Below, in pieces: positions 49,728 to 60,203 of a stretch of DNA of 64,000 nt (its first letter is position 1; each line of letters opens with the position of its first letter). The DNA is from Thermodesulfobacteriota bacterium. GTDB lineage: Bacteria > Desulfobacterota > Desulfobacteria > Desulfobacterales > SURF-7. Below the pieces are notes generated by a model. The model was not told where the DNA came from, ran no database searches, and saw nothing but the letters and a program-made list of their open reading frames with translations. The DNA is taken from NCBI GenBank assembly GCA_049320885.1, contig JBMORA010000047.1, positions 1 through 64,000 of the forward strand, written 5' to 3'. The position numbers and the translations under genes were made by a program.

Positions 49728-51470
49728 ATGATCATGTTGCTGAGAAGAGCGCTTTCCCGGGGATTTCTGTTCGGGGGGATCATTGTCTTGCTGACCGGCC
49801 TGCTGGCGGGTTCCGCGGCGGCCGACCAGGCAGCGGCGAAAAAATGGATCGACAGTGAATTCCAGCCGTCGACGCTGGGCAAGGAAGACCAGATGAAGGA
49901 AATGGAATGGTTCATCAAGGCCGCCGAGCCGTTCAAGGGCATGGAGATCAAGGTGGTTTCCGAAACCATTCCCACCCATGAGTACGAATCCAAAACCATG
50001 ACCAAGGCCTTCGAGGAGATCACCGGTATCAAAGTGACCCATGATCTGATTCAGGAAGGCGACGTTATCGAGAAACTGCAAACCCAGATGCAGTCGGGCA
50101 GAAATATCTATGACGCCTGGGTGAACGATTCCGACCTGATCGGCACCCATTTCCGGTACGGTCAGGTGGTGAATCTGACGGACTGGATGGCCGGCGAAGG
50201 CAAGGATGCCACCTTGCCCTCACTCGATGTAGACGATTTCATGGGAAAATCTTTTACCACCGGGCCGGACGGCAAGCTGTACCAACTTCCGGACCAGCAG
50301 TTCGCCAACCTGTACTGGTTCCGTTACGACTGGTTCAATCGGCCGGATTTGAAGAAAAAATTCAAGGAATTGTACGGCTATGAGCTGGGGGTGCCGGTGA
50401 ACTGGTCCGCCTATGAGGACATCGCCGAATTTTTCTCGGAAAAAGTGAAAGAAATCGACGGGGTGAAGATATACGGGCACAACGATTACGGCAAGAAATC
50501 CCCGGATCTGGGCTGGCGGTTCACCGACGCCTGGCTGTCCATGGCCGGCACCGGCGATAAGGGCCTGCCCAACGGCCAACCGGTGGACGAATGGGGCATC
50601 CGGGTCGAGGGGTGCCGGCCGGTGGGCGCCAGTGTCAGCCGCGGGGGGGAGGCCAACGGGCCGTCGGCCAAGTATGCTGTTCGCAAATACATGGAATGGT
50701 TGAAAAAATATGCACCTCCGGGCGCCCTGGGCATGGATTTTTATCAATACCTGCCGTTCCTGGCAAAAGGCAATGTCGCCCAGCAGATCTTCTGGTATAC
50801 GGCCTTTGTCCCTGACATGGTCGCTCCGGGACCGACGGTCAACGCGGACGGAACCCCCAAATGGCGCATGGCGCCCTCTCCCCACGGACCGTATTGGGAA
50901 GAAGGCATGAAGCTGGGATATCAGGACTGCGGTTCCTGGACCATGCTGAAGAGCACGCCGGTGGATCGGCGCAAGGCCGCTTGGTTGTACGCCCAGTTCA
51001 CGGTGTGCAAGAGCACATCCCTGAAAAAAGCCCATGTCGGTCTGACGCCGATCCGGGACAGCGACATCCGTCACCAGTCCTTTACCGACCGGGCGCCGAA
51101 ACTGGGCGGTCTGGTGGAGTTCTACCGCAGCCCGGCGCGCGTCCTCTGGACCCCCACCGGCACCAATGTCCCGGATTATCCCAAACTGGCCCAGCTCTGG
51201 TGGCAAAATATCGGTGAAGCGGTTGCCGGCGAAGTGTCCGTGGATCAGGCCATGGACAATCTGGCCCGCGAAATGGATAAGACCATGGAGCGTATCGCCC
51301 GTTCCGGAGCCCAGGGCGATTGCGGTCCGAAGCTCAATCCGGAGGAAGACGAGGCTGCCTGGCTGAACAAACCCGGCGCGCCCAAAGCCAAGGTGGAGGA
51401 AAAACCCAAGGGCGAGACCGTCAACTATGATGACCTGATCCAGGCCTGGAAGGAAGGGCGCGTGAAATAG
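49728..51470 (+). CDS. Glycerol-type ABC substrate-binding protein (GlpV-like)
   Basis: EFQPSTL, THEYES, NDSDLIGTH, QLPDQQFANLYWFR, PKLGGLVEFYRS; signal peptide; strong GGAGG RBS. Confidence 0.9.
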   Translation: MIMLLRRALSRGFLFGGIIVLLTGLLAGSAAADQAAAKKWIDSEFQPSTLGKEDQMKEMEWFIKAAEPFKGMEIKVVSETIPTHEYESKTMTKAFEEITGIKVTHDLIQEGDVIEKLQTQMQSGRNIYDAWVNDSDLIGTHFRYGQVVNLTDWMAGEGKDATLPSLDVDDFMGKSFTTGPDGKLYQLPDQQFANLYWFRYDWFNRPDLKKKFKELYGYELGVPVNWSAYEDIAEFFSEKVKEIDGVKIYGHNDYGKKSPDLGWRFTDAWLSMAGTGDKGLPNGQPVDEWGIRVEGCRPVGASVSRGGEANGPSAKYAVRKYMEWLKKYAPPGALGMDFYQYLPFLAKGNVAQQIFWYTAFVPDMVAPGPTVNADGTPKWRMAPSPHGPYWEEGMKLGYQDCGSWTMLKSTPVDRRKAAWLYAQFTVCKSTSLKKAHVGLTPIRDSDIRHQSFTDRAPKLGGLVEFYRSPARVLWTPTGTNVPDYPKLAQLWWQNIGEAVAGEVSVDQAMDNLAREMDKTMERIARSGAQGDCGPKLNPEEDEAAWLNKPGAPKAKVEEKPKGETVNYDDLIQAWKEGRVK

Positions 51471-51640
51471 CGCCGGTCTTGTTTATCGCTTTCATGCTGC
51501 AACCGATAACCCGCACTCGCCGGGGAAGCGTTCCGGATGCCCGGCCGGCAACCAGACGTTTCTCCGACGGAGTGCGGCGTCGTTACCATTCTGTGAAATG
51601 CATTGGCTGATCCGGGGACAGATGTCAAAGGGGGTAAACA

Positions 51641-53548
51641 ATGGAGTTTCGTCTGTTGCGTAACAGCAAGATGGGTATCGCCATTAAAACGGCGATTGCC
51701 GTGGGCGTGATGATCCTGATTCTCTTGACCATCAACGGAGTGATTTTTTTACGGCTCGAATCTTCACTGGTATCCCAGATATTGAATGAATATGTTCAGA
51801 AGGTGGACAAGGCCATCGATCAGCAGGGTGAAAAACAGCGCCAGGGGTTAAAGGAAAACCTGGCCAATCATGCGCTGGTGCTGGGCAACGCCGTGGCCAC
51901 CTTCATCTACAACCTGGACAAATCCTCCCTGGAACAGATGCTGAGCGCTTATATCAAGCTTCCGGAATTGAAAGCCGTGGAGGTTTTCGATGAGAACGGC
52001 GAACCCTTTTTCGCCATCTGGAAAAATCCCGGCATCCAGATCAAGCGGACAGTTCCGGATGATGTGCCCCTGGATGAGAGCCTGATGGGCGGCGCCGACG
52101 CTTTCCTGAAGGAGGAGAAAGTCGGATCCGTCAAAATCTATTTTACCGATGAGCTGATCAAGGCCCAGATGGAAGGCAGCAAACAGCTCGCCCAGTCGGA
52201 CATCAATGCATTCAAAACCACCGTGGACGGGAAATTCAACCAGGCCGTCTGGATTCAGGGAGGGATCATCCTGCTGGTTGTCATGCTGCTGGTGACCGCC
52301 ATTGTGCTGGCCATGAACGTTCTGGCCATCAAGGGGATCCGCATGGTCGCCGAGGGGGCGAGGCGGTTTTCCGTGGGTGATATCGCCCTGGAAGGCATGA
52401 ATATGGAGGAGATCGCAAAAATTAACGCCCGCGGGGACGAGCTCGGCGATACGGGGCGGGCTTTTTCCCAGCTCATCGAATACATGAAAGAAAAAACCCT
52501 GGCGGCCGCGGAGATCGCCAAGGGCAATCTCGACCTGGACGTGGCGATCAAATCCGATGCGGATCAGCTCGGGACGGCCCTGAACCAGATGGTGGAAAGT
52601 CTGAATCAGGTGATCAGCGAACTGTATCTTGCCGCCGAACAGGTGGACGGCGGCTCCAATCAGGTTTCCGAATCCAGTCAATCCCTGTCCCAGGGAGCTA
52701 CGGAGCAGGCCTCCTCCCTGGAGGAGATCTCCAGTTCCATGACGGAAATCGGTTCCCAGACCAAAACCAACGCGGAAAACGCGACCCACGCCAATCAACT
52801 GGCGACATCGGCCAAAGGGGTTTCGCTGAGCGGCGTCCAGCAGATGCAGGAAATGACCCGGGCCATGGACGCCATCACCCAGTCCAGCAAGGAGATCGCC
52901 AAGATCATCAAGGCCATCGACGACATCGCGTTTCAAACCAATCTGCTGGCCCTGAACGCCGCGGTGGAGGCGGCCCGGGCAGGCAAACACGGGAAGGGCT
53001 TTGCCGTGGTGGCCCAGGAAGTCCGCACCCTGGCGGCCAGAAGCGCCAAGGCGGCCCAGGAAACCGCCGAATTGATCGACGCCGCCATCCGGAATGTGGA
53101 CAACGGCAGCGGTATCGTCCAGAAAACCGCTCGGGCTTTGAACAGCATTAATGACGAGATCACGAAGGTCACCGACCTCGTGGGGGAGATCGCCGCCGCC
53201 AGCAGCGAGCAGGCCCAGAGAATCACCCAGGTCAGCAAGGGCTTGTCACAGATCGACAGCGTTACCCAGCAGAACACGGCCAACGCCGAGGAAACTTCCG
53301 CCGCGGCGCAGGAGCTGTCCTCCCAGGCAGCCCATGTTCGAAATCTGCTGGGCCGTTTCCGGCTGCGGCGACGGAGTCAGCCGTCTGCCTCCACAACCCG
53401 GCCGGAGCCGCCGCCATCCAGGCAGGCAGTCGTCCGCAGGATCGAAGATTCTGAATGGGGGGCGCCGGCCGGAGGGGCCGACAAAGGACGGATCGTAGCG
53501 CCGCAGGAAATCATCGCCCTGGATGATGACGAGTTCGGGAAATATTAG
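51641..53548 (+). CDS. Methyl-accepting chemotaxis protein, Tsr-like (36H) core with a C-terminal pentapeptide
   Basis: TM-sensor-TM-HAMPs; [20 protein letters not shown]; ends in DDDEFGKY. Confidence 0.95.
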   Translation: MEFRLLRNSKMGIAIKTAIAVGVMILILLTINGVIFLRLESSLVSQILNEYVQKVDKAIDQQGEKQRQGLKENLANHALVLGNAVATFIYNLDKSSLEQMLSAYIKLPELKAVEVFDENGEPFFAIWKNPGIQIKRTVPDDVPLDESLMGGADAFLKEEKVGSVKIYFTDELIKAQMEGSKQLAQSDINAFKTTVDGKFNQAVWIQGGIILLVVMLLVTAIVLAMNVLAIKGIRMVAEGARRFSVGDIALEGMNMEEIAKINARGDELGDTGRAFSQLIEYMKEKTLAAAEIAKGNLDLDVAIKSDADQLGTALNQMVESLNQVISELYLAAEQVDGGSNQVSESSQSLSQGATEQASSLEEISSSMTEIGSQTKTNAENATHANQLATSAKGVSLSGVQQMQEMTRAMDAITQSSKEIAKIIKAIDDIAFQTNLLALNAAVEAARAGKHGKGFAVVAQEVRTLAARSAKAAQETAELIDAAIRNVDNGSGIVQKTARALNSINDEITKVTDLVGEIAAASSEQAQRITQVSKGLSQIDSVTQQNTANAEETSAAAQELSSQAAHVRNLLGRFRLRRRSQPSASTTRPEPPPSRQAVVRRIEDSEWGAPAGGADKGRIVAPQEIIALDDDEFGKY

Positions 53549-53570
53549 CGCAGGGAACGGGGGGCCGATC

Positions 53571-55289
53571 ATGGTTTTCGGCGCATGGGAGGAGAGCAAG
53601 CTGGGTATCGCCGTGAAGACATCCGTTGCCGCCGGTTTTGTCATCATGGTGCTGCTGCTGGCGAACGGGGCGGTTTTTTTGTTCCTGGAGTCCGAACTGG
53701 TAGCGAAGATTTTCGCCGGATATGTCCAGAAGATCGAAAAAGCCATTGACCAGCAGGGAGAAAAACAGAAGCGCGTTTTACAGGAAAATCTGATCCATCA
53801 TGCGGACGTGATCGGAAACGCCGCCGCCACGTTCATTTACAATCTGGACAAGGTTTCCCTGGAGCGCATGCTGACGTCCTACATCAAGCTGCCGGAACTC
53901 AAGGCGGTTACGGTGCTGGATGAAAATGGGAATCCGTATGTTTCCATCTGGAAGGATCCCGGTATTCACATCAAACGCAACCTTCCCGAAAATTTGACCC
54001 TGGACAAAAATTTCATGGCAACGGCGGATGCCTTCCTGAAGGAGGAGAAAGTCGGTTCTGTACGTATTTTTTTCACCGACGAACTGCTTCTGGAGCAGAT
54101 GAAGGTCAGCAAGCAGGCGGCAAAGGACGACATCGCCGTCTTTGAAACCACGGTCGACCGGGATTTTTATCGGGCGATCTGGATTCAGGGCGCCGTCATT
54201 CTGCTGGTTGTATTGATCCTGGTGGCCGCCATCGTATGGACCATGAATATTCTGGCCATCCGGCCGCTCAGACTGCTGACCGGAATGGTGCAAGACCTGG
54301 TTGCCGGCGGCGGGGATCTGACCAAACGTCTGGAATTGAAATCACGGGACGAGATCGGGGCCCTGGCCGGCTGGTTCAACCGTTTCATTGAGTTGACCCA
54401 AAGCCTGATCCGCGAAATTGCCGCCAACGCTTCCACCCTCAACCGTTCCTCGCTGGACATGTCGAAGGTGGCGGACGCCCTTTCCACGGGGGCCAGAAGC
54501 ATGTCGGAACAATCCAATGCCGTTACGCAAGCGGCCGACCAGATGAGCGCCAATATGACCACCGTGGCTTCGGCCAGTGAAGAAGTCGCCAATACGGTGA
54601 ACGCGGTGGCTGCCGCCACCGAGGAAATGACCGCCACTGTCATGGAAATCGCCCAGAATTCGGAGCGGGCCAGGGCGGTGACCGAAGAAGCGGTGGTGAA
54701 GACCCGTAACGCCTCCCGGCAGGTGAACCAGCTGGGCTCTTCCGCCGCCGCCATCGGCAAGATTACGGAGGTGATCACCGAGATTTCCGGACAGACCAAC
54801 CTGCTGGCGCTGAACGCCACCATCGAGGCTGCGCGAGCAGGCGAGGCCGGAAAAGGTTTTTCAGTTGTCGCCAATGAAATCAAGGAACTGGCCAAGCAAA
54901 CCGCGGAAGCCACCTTGGATATCAAACGCACCATCGAGGGGATTCAAAATTCCACCGCCGTTACGGTCATGGAAATCGAAGGCATCACCCAGGTGATTCA
55001 CAACGTCAACGATCTGGTGGGGACCATTGCCGCGGCCGTGGAGGAACAATCGGTGACGACACGTGAAATCGCCGGAAATGTCAGCCACGCGGCCCGGGGT
55101 ATCGATGAAGTCAACGAGAAAGTCAACCAGAACTCCGGCGTATCCAGCGAAATCGCCCGGTCCATCGCCGAAGTGGATCAGGCCGTTGACATGTTGAAGC
55201 GCAACAGTATCCAGGTGAAAGACAGCGCCGGCTCCATGTCTTTTCTGGCGGAGCAGCTGAATACCATGGTGGGGCGGTTCAAGAGTTAG
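53571..55289 (+). CDS. Methyl-accepting chemotaxis protein of a different heptad class, no pentapeptide
   Basis: TM-sensor-TM-HAMP (GDLTKRL...DEIG); [17 protein letters not shown]; ends in GRFKS. Confidence 0.95.
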   Translation: MVFGAWEESKLGIAVKTSVAAGFVIMVLLLANGAVFLFLESELVAKIFAGYVQKIEKAIDQQGEKQKRVLQENLIHHADVIGNAAATFIYNLDKVSLERMLTSYIKLPELKAVTVLDENGNPYVSIWKDPGIHIKRNLPENLTLDKNFMATADAFLKEEKVGSVRIFFTDELLLEQMKVSKQAAKDDIAVFETTVDRDFYRAIWIQGAVILLVVLILVAAIVWTMNILAIRPLRLLTGMVQDLVAGGGDLTKRLELKSRDEIGALAGWFNRFIELTQSLIREIAANASTLNRSSLDMSKVADALSTGARSMSEQSNAVTQAADQMSANMTTVASASEEVANTVNAVAAATEEMTATVMEIAQNSERARAVTEEAVVKTRNASRQVNQLGSSAAAIGKITEVITEISGQTNLLALNATIEAARAGEAGKGFSVVANEIKELAKQTAEATLDIKRTIEGIQNSTAVTVMEIEGITQVIHNVNDLVGTIAAAVEEQSVTTREIAGNVSHAARGIDEVNEKVNQNSGVSSEIARSIAEVDQAVDMLKRNSIQVKDSAGSMSFLAEQLNTMVGRFKS

Positions 55290-57381
55290 GCCGCTCGAGT
55301 TCCTTCCGGATGGCCATGGCGATTTTTTCCAACGTATAGGGCTTGCGGATGTAAGCTCCGGCTCCCAGCCGCTGAGCGGCTTTGACGCGTTCGTTTTCCG
55401 CATACCCGCTGGCGATGACGGCTTTCTGGCCTGGATGGGTGTCGATGATCCGGCTGTAGGTTTCCAGCCCGTCCATTCCGGGAGCCATGATCATGTCCAG
55501 CACCAGGATGTCCGCCGTATGAGCCTTCAGATATTCCAGGGCCGCTTCGCCGCTGGGCATGACGACCACCTTGTAGCCTAGCCGGTTCAGCAGGGTGAAG
55601 GCGATTTCCCGCTGTTCCTCCACGTCGTCGATGACCAGAACGGTTTCCCCGCGACCGCTGTATTTTTCCCGGGAAAACGCCTCCACCGGCGCTTCCATTT
55701 TTTCGCGGGTAACCGGAAAATACAGTTCGAATCTGGTGCCGAGCCCTTCCTTGCTTTCCACATTGATATATCCATTGTGATCCTGGACCGTGCCCCAGAT
55801 CACCGACATTCCAAGACCCGTGCCGCTGCGGCCCATGACTTTTTTGGTATAGAAGGGTTCAAAGATGCGGTTGAGGTCTTCCATGGGGATTCCGGAGCCG
55901 CGATCCTCCACGATAAGGACAACATAATCGCCCTCATGGACGCGGTCATATCCGGTTACCGGGATATCCACATACCGGTTTTCGGTTTTGACGATGATCG
56001 TGCCGCCTTCGGGCTGGGCTTCGGCCGCATTTGAAATCAGGTTCATGAAGGCTTTCCGCAGGTGGATGGCACTGCCGCGGATGTTCATGAGATCCGTGGC
56101 CAGGTGGGTTTCGAGGGCAACCCCCGGATGATAGGCGGTCAGTTTCTGAAATTCAGGGGAATCCAGATAATCGTGGATGACATCCCGGTTCAGATCCAGG
56201 ACGATCATGCTGGTTACGCCCCTCCGCGCCAGGGCCAGCAGATCCTGGACAATGGCCGCCGCTTTTTGACCGGAACGTTGGACGGTTTCAATCATATGCC
56301 GCATGGGGTCTTCCGGCGGCAGGTCCATGAGGATCAATTCCGGATAACTGACGATGCCGGACAACACGTTGTTCAGGTCGTGGGCGACGCCGCCGGCCAA
56401 TAAACCCAGGGCCTCCATTTTTTGGGATCGGACCAGGCGTTCCTCCAGGATCGATTTTTCCTGGTAGGCGCGCTGCCGTTCCTGAATTTCGGTCTGGAGT
56501 TTTTCGTAGCTGGAGCGCAGTTCCCTGGTGCGGTCCTCGACGATGGACTCCAGATCGGCGTTCAGGCGCGCCAGTTTCCGGTTGGTCTCTTCCAGCTGGG
56601 CGGCGTAGGAATCCCGCGCTTCTATGGATCGGTTCAGGCGTTGATGCTGTTCCCTGAGTTGCAGCGACATGGCGTTGAAGGAATCGGCCACTTCGCCGAT
56701 TTCATTTTTCAGGGAAAGGCTCACCTGCTCACCGAGGTGGCCCTGCATGACCCTGTCCATGGCGTCCCGCAGACGCCATACCGGCTGAACCACCAGCCGG
56801 ATCAGGAGGTGGTGGAGGACGAGCGAAAGGGTAAGGAGCATGCCGCCGAAAACCCCGACGATCAGCAACAGACGCATCCGGGATGCGTGGTACAGATCGG
56901 ACAGGTCGAAACAGGCGATGAAATACCCCTGGCGTTCGCCGATTACTTCGATGGTGGTGTAAAAGGCGATGTGCGGCCGATTGCCGAGCCTGATTTCCTC
57001 GTATGTCGGTCCGTTTTCCAGCGACAGGCGCGTGTTCATATCCAGGGACCGGAATTGCCGTGCACCGACGGCCTCCAGCAGGTTTCCGGCGGCATCGAAA
57101 ATGCTGACGGTGCCGATGCCCTTGACCTTCGTGATATCCATCAGGATGTAGGCGACGGCCCTGGTGTGCCCGGCGAAGATCTCGTTGGCCAGCTCTTCGT
57201 GATTCTGCAGGTAGACGGTGCTGAGCAAGACCTTGGCGAGTTCGATCTGGGAGCGGCGCTGGTTTTTTTCATACGCATAGAAAAACAGGCTGAAGGCCAG
57301 TAAAACAGCGGCGCAGACAGTCCAGATGGCGGTGTTGATCCGGAAACTGAGGCTGCGGGTATTGGTTACCGGAGAACCCAT
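55279..57381 (-). CDS. Hybrid sensor histidine kinase (periplasmic sensor, HAMP, HisKA, HATPase, REC)
   Basis: Two TM helices, [41 protein letters not shown]. Confidence 0.93.
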   Translation of the reverse strand: MGSPVTNTRSLSFRINTAIWTVCAAVLLAFSLFFYAYEKNQRRSQIELAKVLLSTVYLQNHEELANEIFAGHTRAVAYILMDITKVKGIGTVSIFDAAGNLLEAVGARQFRSLDMNTRLSLENGPTYEEIRLGNRPHIAFYTTIEVIGERQGYFIACFDLSDLYHASRMRLLLIVGVFGGMLLTLSLVLHHLLIRLVVQPVWRLRDAMDRVMQGHLGEQVSLSLKNEIGEVADSFNAMSLQLREQHQRLNRSIEARDSYAAQLEETNRKLARLNADLESIVEDRTRELRSSYEKLQTEIQERQRAYQEKSILEERLVRSQKMEALGLLAGGVAHDLNNVLSGIVSYPELILMDLPPEDPMRHMIETVQRSGQKAAAIVQDLLALARRGVTSMIVLDLNRDVIHDYLDSPEFQKLTAYHPGVALETHLATDLMNIRGSAIHLRKAFMNLISNAAEAQPEGGTIIVKTENRYVDIPVTGYDRVHEGDYVVLIVEDRGSGIPMEDLNRIFEPFYTKKVMGRSGTGLGMSVIWGTVQDHNGYINVESKEGLGTRFELYFPVTREKMEAPVEAFSREKYSGRGETVLVIDDVEEQREIAFTLLNRLGYKVVVMPSGEAALEYLKAHTADILVLDMIMAPGMDGLETYSRIIDTHPGQKAVIASGYAENERVKAAQRLGAGAYIRKPYTLEKIAMAIRKELERPNS

Positions 57382-57395
57382 GTTCTTGTTTTCCG

Positions 57396-58550
57396 TTACG
57401 GAGAGTAGGCCTTATGGAATTGCCAGTTTCCCTGGTGGAACCGCAGGATTCCGGCGTTTTTGTGAATCGGATTCCTGTCGGCGTCAAATCGAAACAGACC
57501 GGTCACACCGGCATAACCGGATGTCGCCGCAAGCCCGTTGCGGATGTCTGCGCGATCCGGTGAAGCGGAGCGCCTGACGGCATCGGCGAGCAAGCGGACG
57601 GCATCGTACGAAAGGGGGGCAAAGGAACTGATCTCTCCACTGCCGCAGGCTTTTCGATAGGCGCCGATGAACGCCTTGCTGTGCTGGCTGGGCAGATCCG
57701 GATGCCAGTGGGTGGAATAAAAACTGCCCTCCAGGGCTTCCCCGGCATATTCTTGGATCTCGGGCTCCCAGGCGTCTCCGCCCATGAAAACGGAGTGAAT
57801 GCCCATGGCCCGCGCCTGTTTAATGATAAGGCCGCTGTCCCGGGAATATCCGGGGACAAAGACGACATCCGGAGCCGACTCCGTGACGGGAGCCAGGAGT
57901 TCCCGGAAATCCACCGCCGAGCCTTTGTAGCCTCCCTGAAAAAGGATCCGGCCCCCCTGGCGGATAAACGCTTCGGCAAAATACTGCGCCAGGATTTGGC
58001 TGTAGGTTTCGCTGATATTGGTCAGGATGGCTGCGGTGCGGACGCCGATATCGCGAAAAGCAAAGTCGGCCATGAGTTTGCCCTGGAAATCATCGGTATA
58101 GCAGCTGCGGAAAATGTAATTGCCCACACGGGTCACCTCCGGCGCCGTGGAGCCGGGTGTGATCATGGGGATGCCCGCCTGTTGCAGCAAGGGGGCAATG
58201 GCCAGGGAGTGGGTGCTCCAGAGATCCCCCACAACCGCCGTGACGTCCTGCTGAATGGCTTCTTCTGCCATTTTTTTTCCATGCAGCGGCGAACTCCGGC
58301 TGTCGAGAACGATGAGCACGAGGGGACGCCCCCGCAGTCCTCCTTCCCGGTTGATTTCCTCGACGGCGATCCGGGCCCCCTGCAAAGCGGCCTTCCCATA
58401 GGCTTCGGCCTTGCCGCTCTGGGGAAGAATGGCGGCGACGGTAACCGGCCGGCCGGATTCGGCTGACAGCTTCTCCGTGGGAATGAGAAATAGCAGCAGG
58501 AATACCAGTATCGGACGAATAGATGCGGCTTTATGGAAGATCGGTATCAT
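57396..58550 (-). CDS. LivJ/LivK-type periplasmic binding protein (no transporter genes nearby)
   Basis: A.EEIN..GG, YIFRSCYTDDFQG, GGDAW, YDAV.LLA.A. Confidence 0.88.
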   Translation of the reverse strand: MIPIFHKAASIRPILVFLLLFLIPTEKLSAESGRPVTVAAILPQSGKAEAYGKAALQGARIAVEEINREGGLRGRPLVLIVLDSRSSPLHGKKMAEEAIQQDVTAVVGDLWSTHSLAIAPLLQQAGIPMITPGSTAPEVTRVGNYIFRSCYTDDFQGKLMADFAFRDIGVRTAAILTNISETYSQILAQYFAEAFIRQGGRILFQGGYKGSAVDFRELLAPVTESAPDVVFVPGYSRDSGLIIKQARAMGIHSVFMGGDAWEPEIQEYAGEALEGSFYSTHWHPDLPSQHSKAFIGAYRKACGSGEISSFAPLSYDAVRLLADAVRRSASPDRADIRNGLAATSGYAGVTGLFRFDADRNPIHKNAGILRFHQGNWQFHKAYSP

Positions 58551-59794
58551 TTCCTCGTTCCGGCGTTAGCTTGGCGGGCCATTTTTTCGGCCTCCTCCCG
58601 TTCCAGGGAAGGCGTCACCTGTTTATGATAATGCGGTTGTCCCGCGATGATTTTCATGATGACCATGCTTTTCACCGGATCACGTTTCCGGTTGAAGCAA
58701 AGTGTTCCGGTGACGCCCTCAAAACCGCAGGTCGCCGCCAGCGACTCGCGAATGGCGGGCCGGCTGGTGGAGCCGGCTCGGCGGATGGCGTCGGCCAGCA
58801 GGTAGACGGCGTCATAACTGAGGGCCGCCGGCGCCAGGAACGGCGTGCGTTCCTTATAACGGTTGTAAAAGGATTTGGAGGGGACGGAATCGACGGCCTC
58901 ATTCCAGTGGGTGGCGTAATAGCCATGGGCCAGCCGGTTGCCTCCTTTCAGGAAAAAGCTCTTGATATCCCAGCCGTCGCCGCCGATAACCACGACGCTC
59001 AAGCGGCTGCGGGCCATTTCGGCGACAATCGGGCCGCTGTCGTCATATCCCGGTAAAAAGACGGCATCCGGCCTGGCCATTTTGATAGCGTCCATCAGTT
59101 CCCGGAAGGATTGCTGACGGCCCCGGTAATCGATAACCGCCGGGACCAGGCCGCCCATCCTGGTGAACTCGGTTTGAAATGTCCGGGTCAGTCCGATGCT
59201 GTAATCGCTGGAAAGATCCCGGAGGATCGCCACGCGTTTCACCTCGATTTCCCGGCTGGCGAATTCCGCCAATATCCGCCCCTGGAAAATATCGGTGCAG
59301 CAGACCCGGAAGATGCAATCACCGATCCGGGTCACTTCCGGATTCGTGGAGATATTGGATATCATGGGGATTCCGCCGGCCTGAAGAACTCTGGCGGCGG
59401 CCATGGAATGCGAACTCCAGGCCGGTCCGATGACGGCGGACACGCCGGCTGCAACCGCCTCATCGGCGGCGATTTTGGAGCCGATGGGCGTACTCTGGTT
59501 GTCCAGCTCCAGCAGGGTCACGGGCAGCCCCTGTATGCCGCCGTTACTGTTGAGTTCGTCCACCGCCCAGCGCACTCCGAGGGCCGAGGGGATATGCGCC
59601 TGGGCTGCCGGTCCGCTGCGGGCGAAAATGGAGGCGATGCGGATGACATTTCCTCCGCCGGGGGCATCCCCGGCAAGGCAGGGCCTATTCCCGGAAACCA
59701 GCCAGATCAGGAGACCCAGAAAGAAAACGGTCCGTTGCGCCAGGGCGCCGGTACCGGCTGGCAGGCATTGCTGGACGGTTGTCACGTTTTTCAT
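58547..59794 (-). CDS. LivJ/LivK-type periplasmic binding protein, paralogue of the adjacent gene
   Basis: AVDELN..GG, IFRVCCTD.FQG, GGDGW, YDAVYLLA.A; ATGA overlap with the next gene. Confidence 0.88.
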   Translation of the reverse strand: MKNVTTVQQCLPAGTGALAQRTVFFLGLLIWLVSGNRPCLAGDAPGGGNVIRIASIFARSGPAAQAHIPSALGVRWAVDELNSNGGIQGLPVTLLELDNQSTPIGSKIAADEAVAAGVSAVIGPAWSSHSMAAARVLQAGGIPMISNISTNPEVTRIGDCIFRVCCTDIFQGRILAEFASREIEVKRVAILRDLSSDYSIGLTRTFQTEFTRMGGLVPAVIDYRGRQQSFRELMDAIKMARPDAVFLPGYDDSGPIVAEMARSRLSVVVIGGDGWDIKSFFLKGGNRLAHGYYATHWNEAVDSVPSKSFYNRYKERTPFLAPAALSYDAVYLLADAIRRAGSTSRPAIRESLAATCGFEGVTGTLCFNRKRDPVKSMVIMKIIAGQPHYHKQVTPSLEREEAEKMARQANAGTRK

Positions 59795-59938
59795 ATCGAA
59801 TTATGACGCCATTTCGTTTCAATTATCAAACAGACTGAAAATCCGGATTCCGCCGAAAAGGACGCCGCCGCGGAAGCAATGTGAATGGGAGTTCGGGTTT
59901 GTGCAAACAACTATCTCAGAATCGGGGTGATCTGTCAA

Positions 59939-59985
59939 CTGGAACTGCGGAGCTGGAACTGCGGAGCGGATCTGCGGAGCGGATC
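59939..59985. repeat. Degenerate tandem repeat: (CTGGAACTGCGGAG)x2, then CGGATCTGCGGAG, then CGGATC
   Basis: Read directly in the divergent intergenic region. Confidence 0.85.
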
Positions 59986-60065
59986 AAAAGTAAAAAATGG
60001 GTGCTTGGGCATTCCTGGTCCTTGAAGTTTTGGCCAGATGGCCTTTACATGCGATGGCCCTGCGC

Positions 60066-60095
60066 TTGACATGGGAATGCGTTGCCGTTTAGGAT
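60066..60095 (+). promoter_or_regulatory. sigma70 promoter for iorAB
   Basis: TTGACA-N18-TAGGAT. Confidence 0.55.
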
Positions 60096-60203
60096 AGCCG
60101 GTATTCAATTCGGGAACCTGTGATCCGGTCGTGAGTCTTCGATCCGGACAGCGTTCCGCTCAACCGATCCGGCGATATGCAAACCAGCGGAAGGAGATTC
60201 GCC

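Noticed and set aside
51502..51509. ACCGATAA as a sigma28 -10 box for the MCP genes
   Set aside because: No TAAA/TCAAG -35 element at the right spacing.
6090..57381. Similar catalytic cores in the two hybrid kinases as a recent duplication
   Set aside because: The similarity is limited to HisKA/HATPase/REC motifs of an expanded paralogue family, and the input domains differ.
13001..59985. Short repeats as a CRISPR array
   Set aside because: Units are 7-14 bp with no unique spacers, and there are no cas genes.
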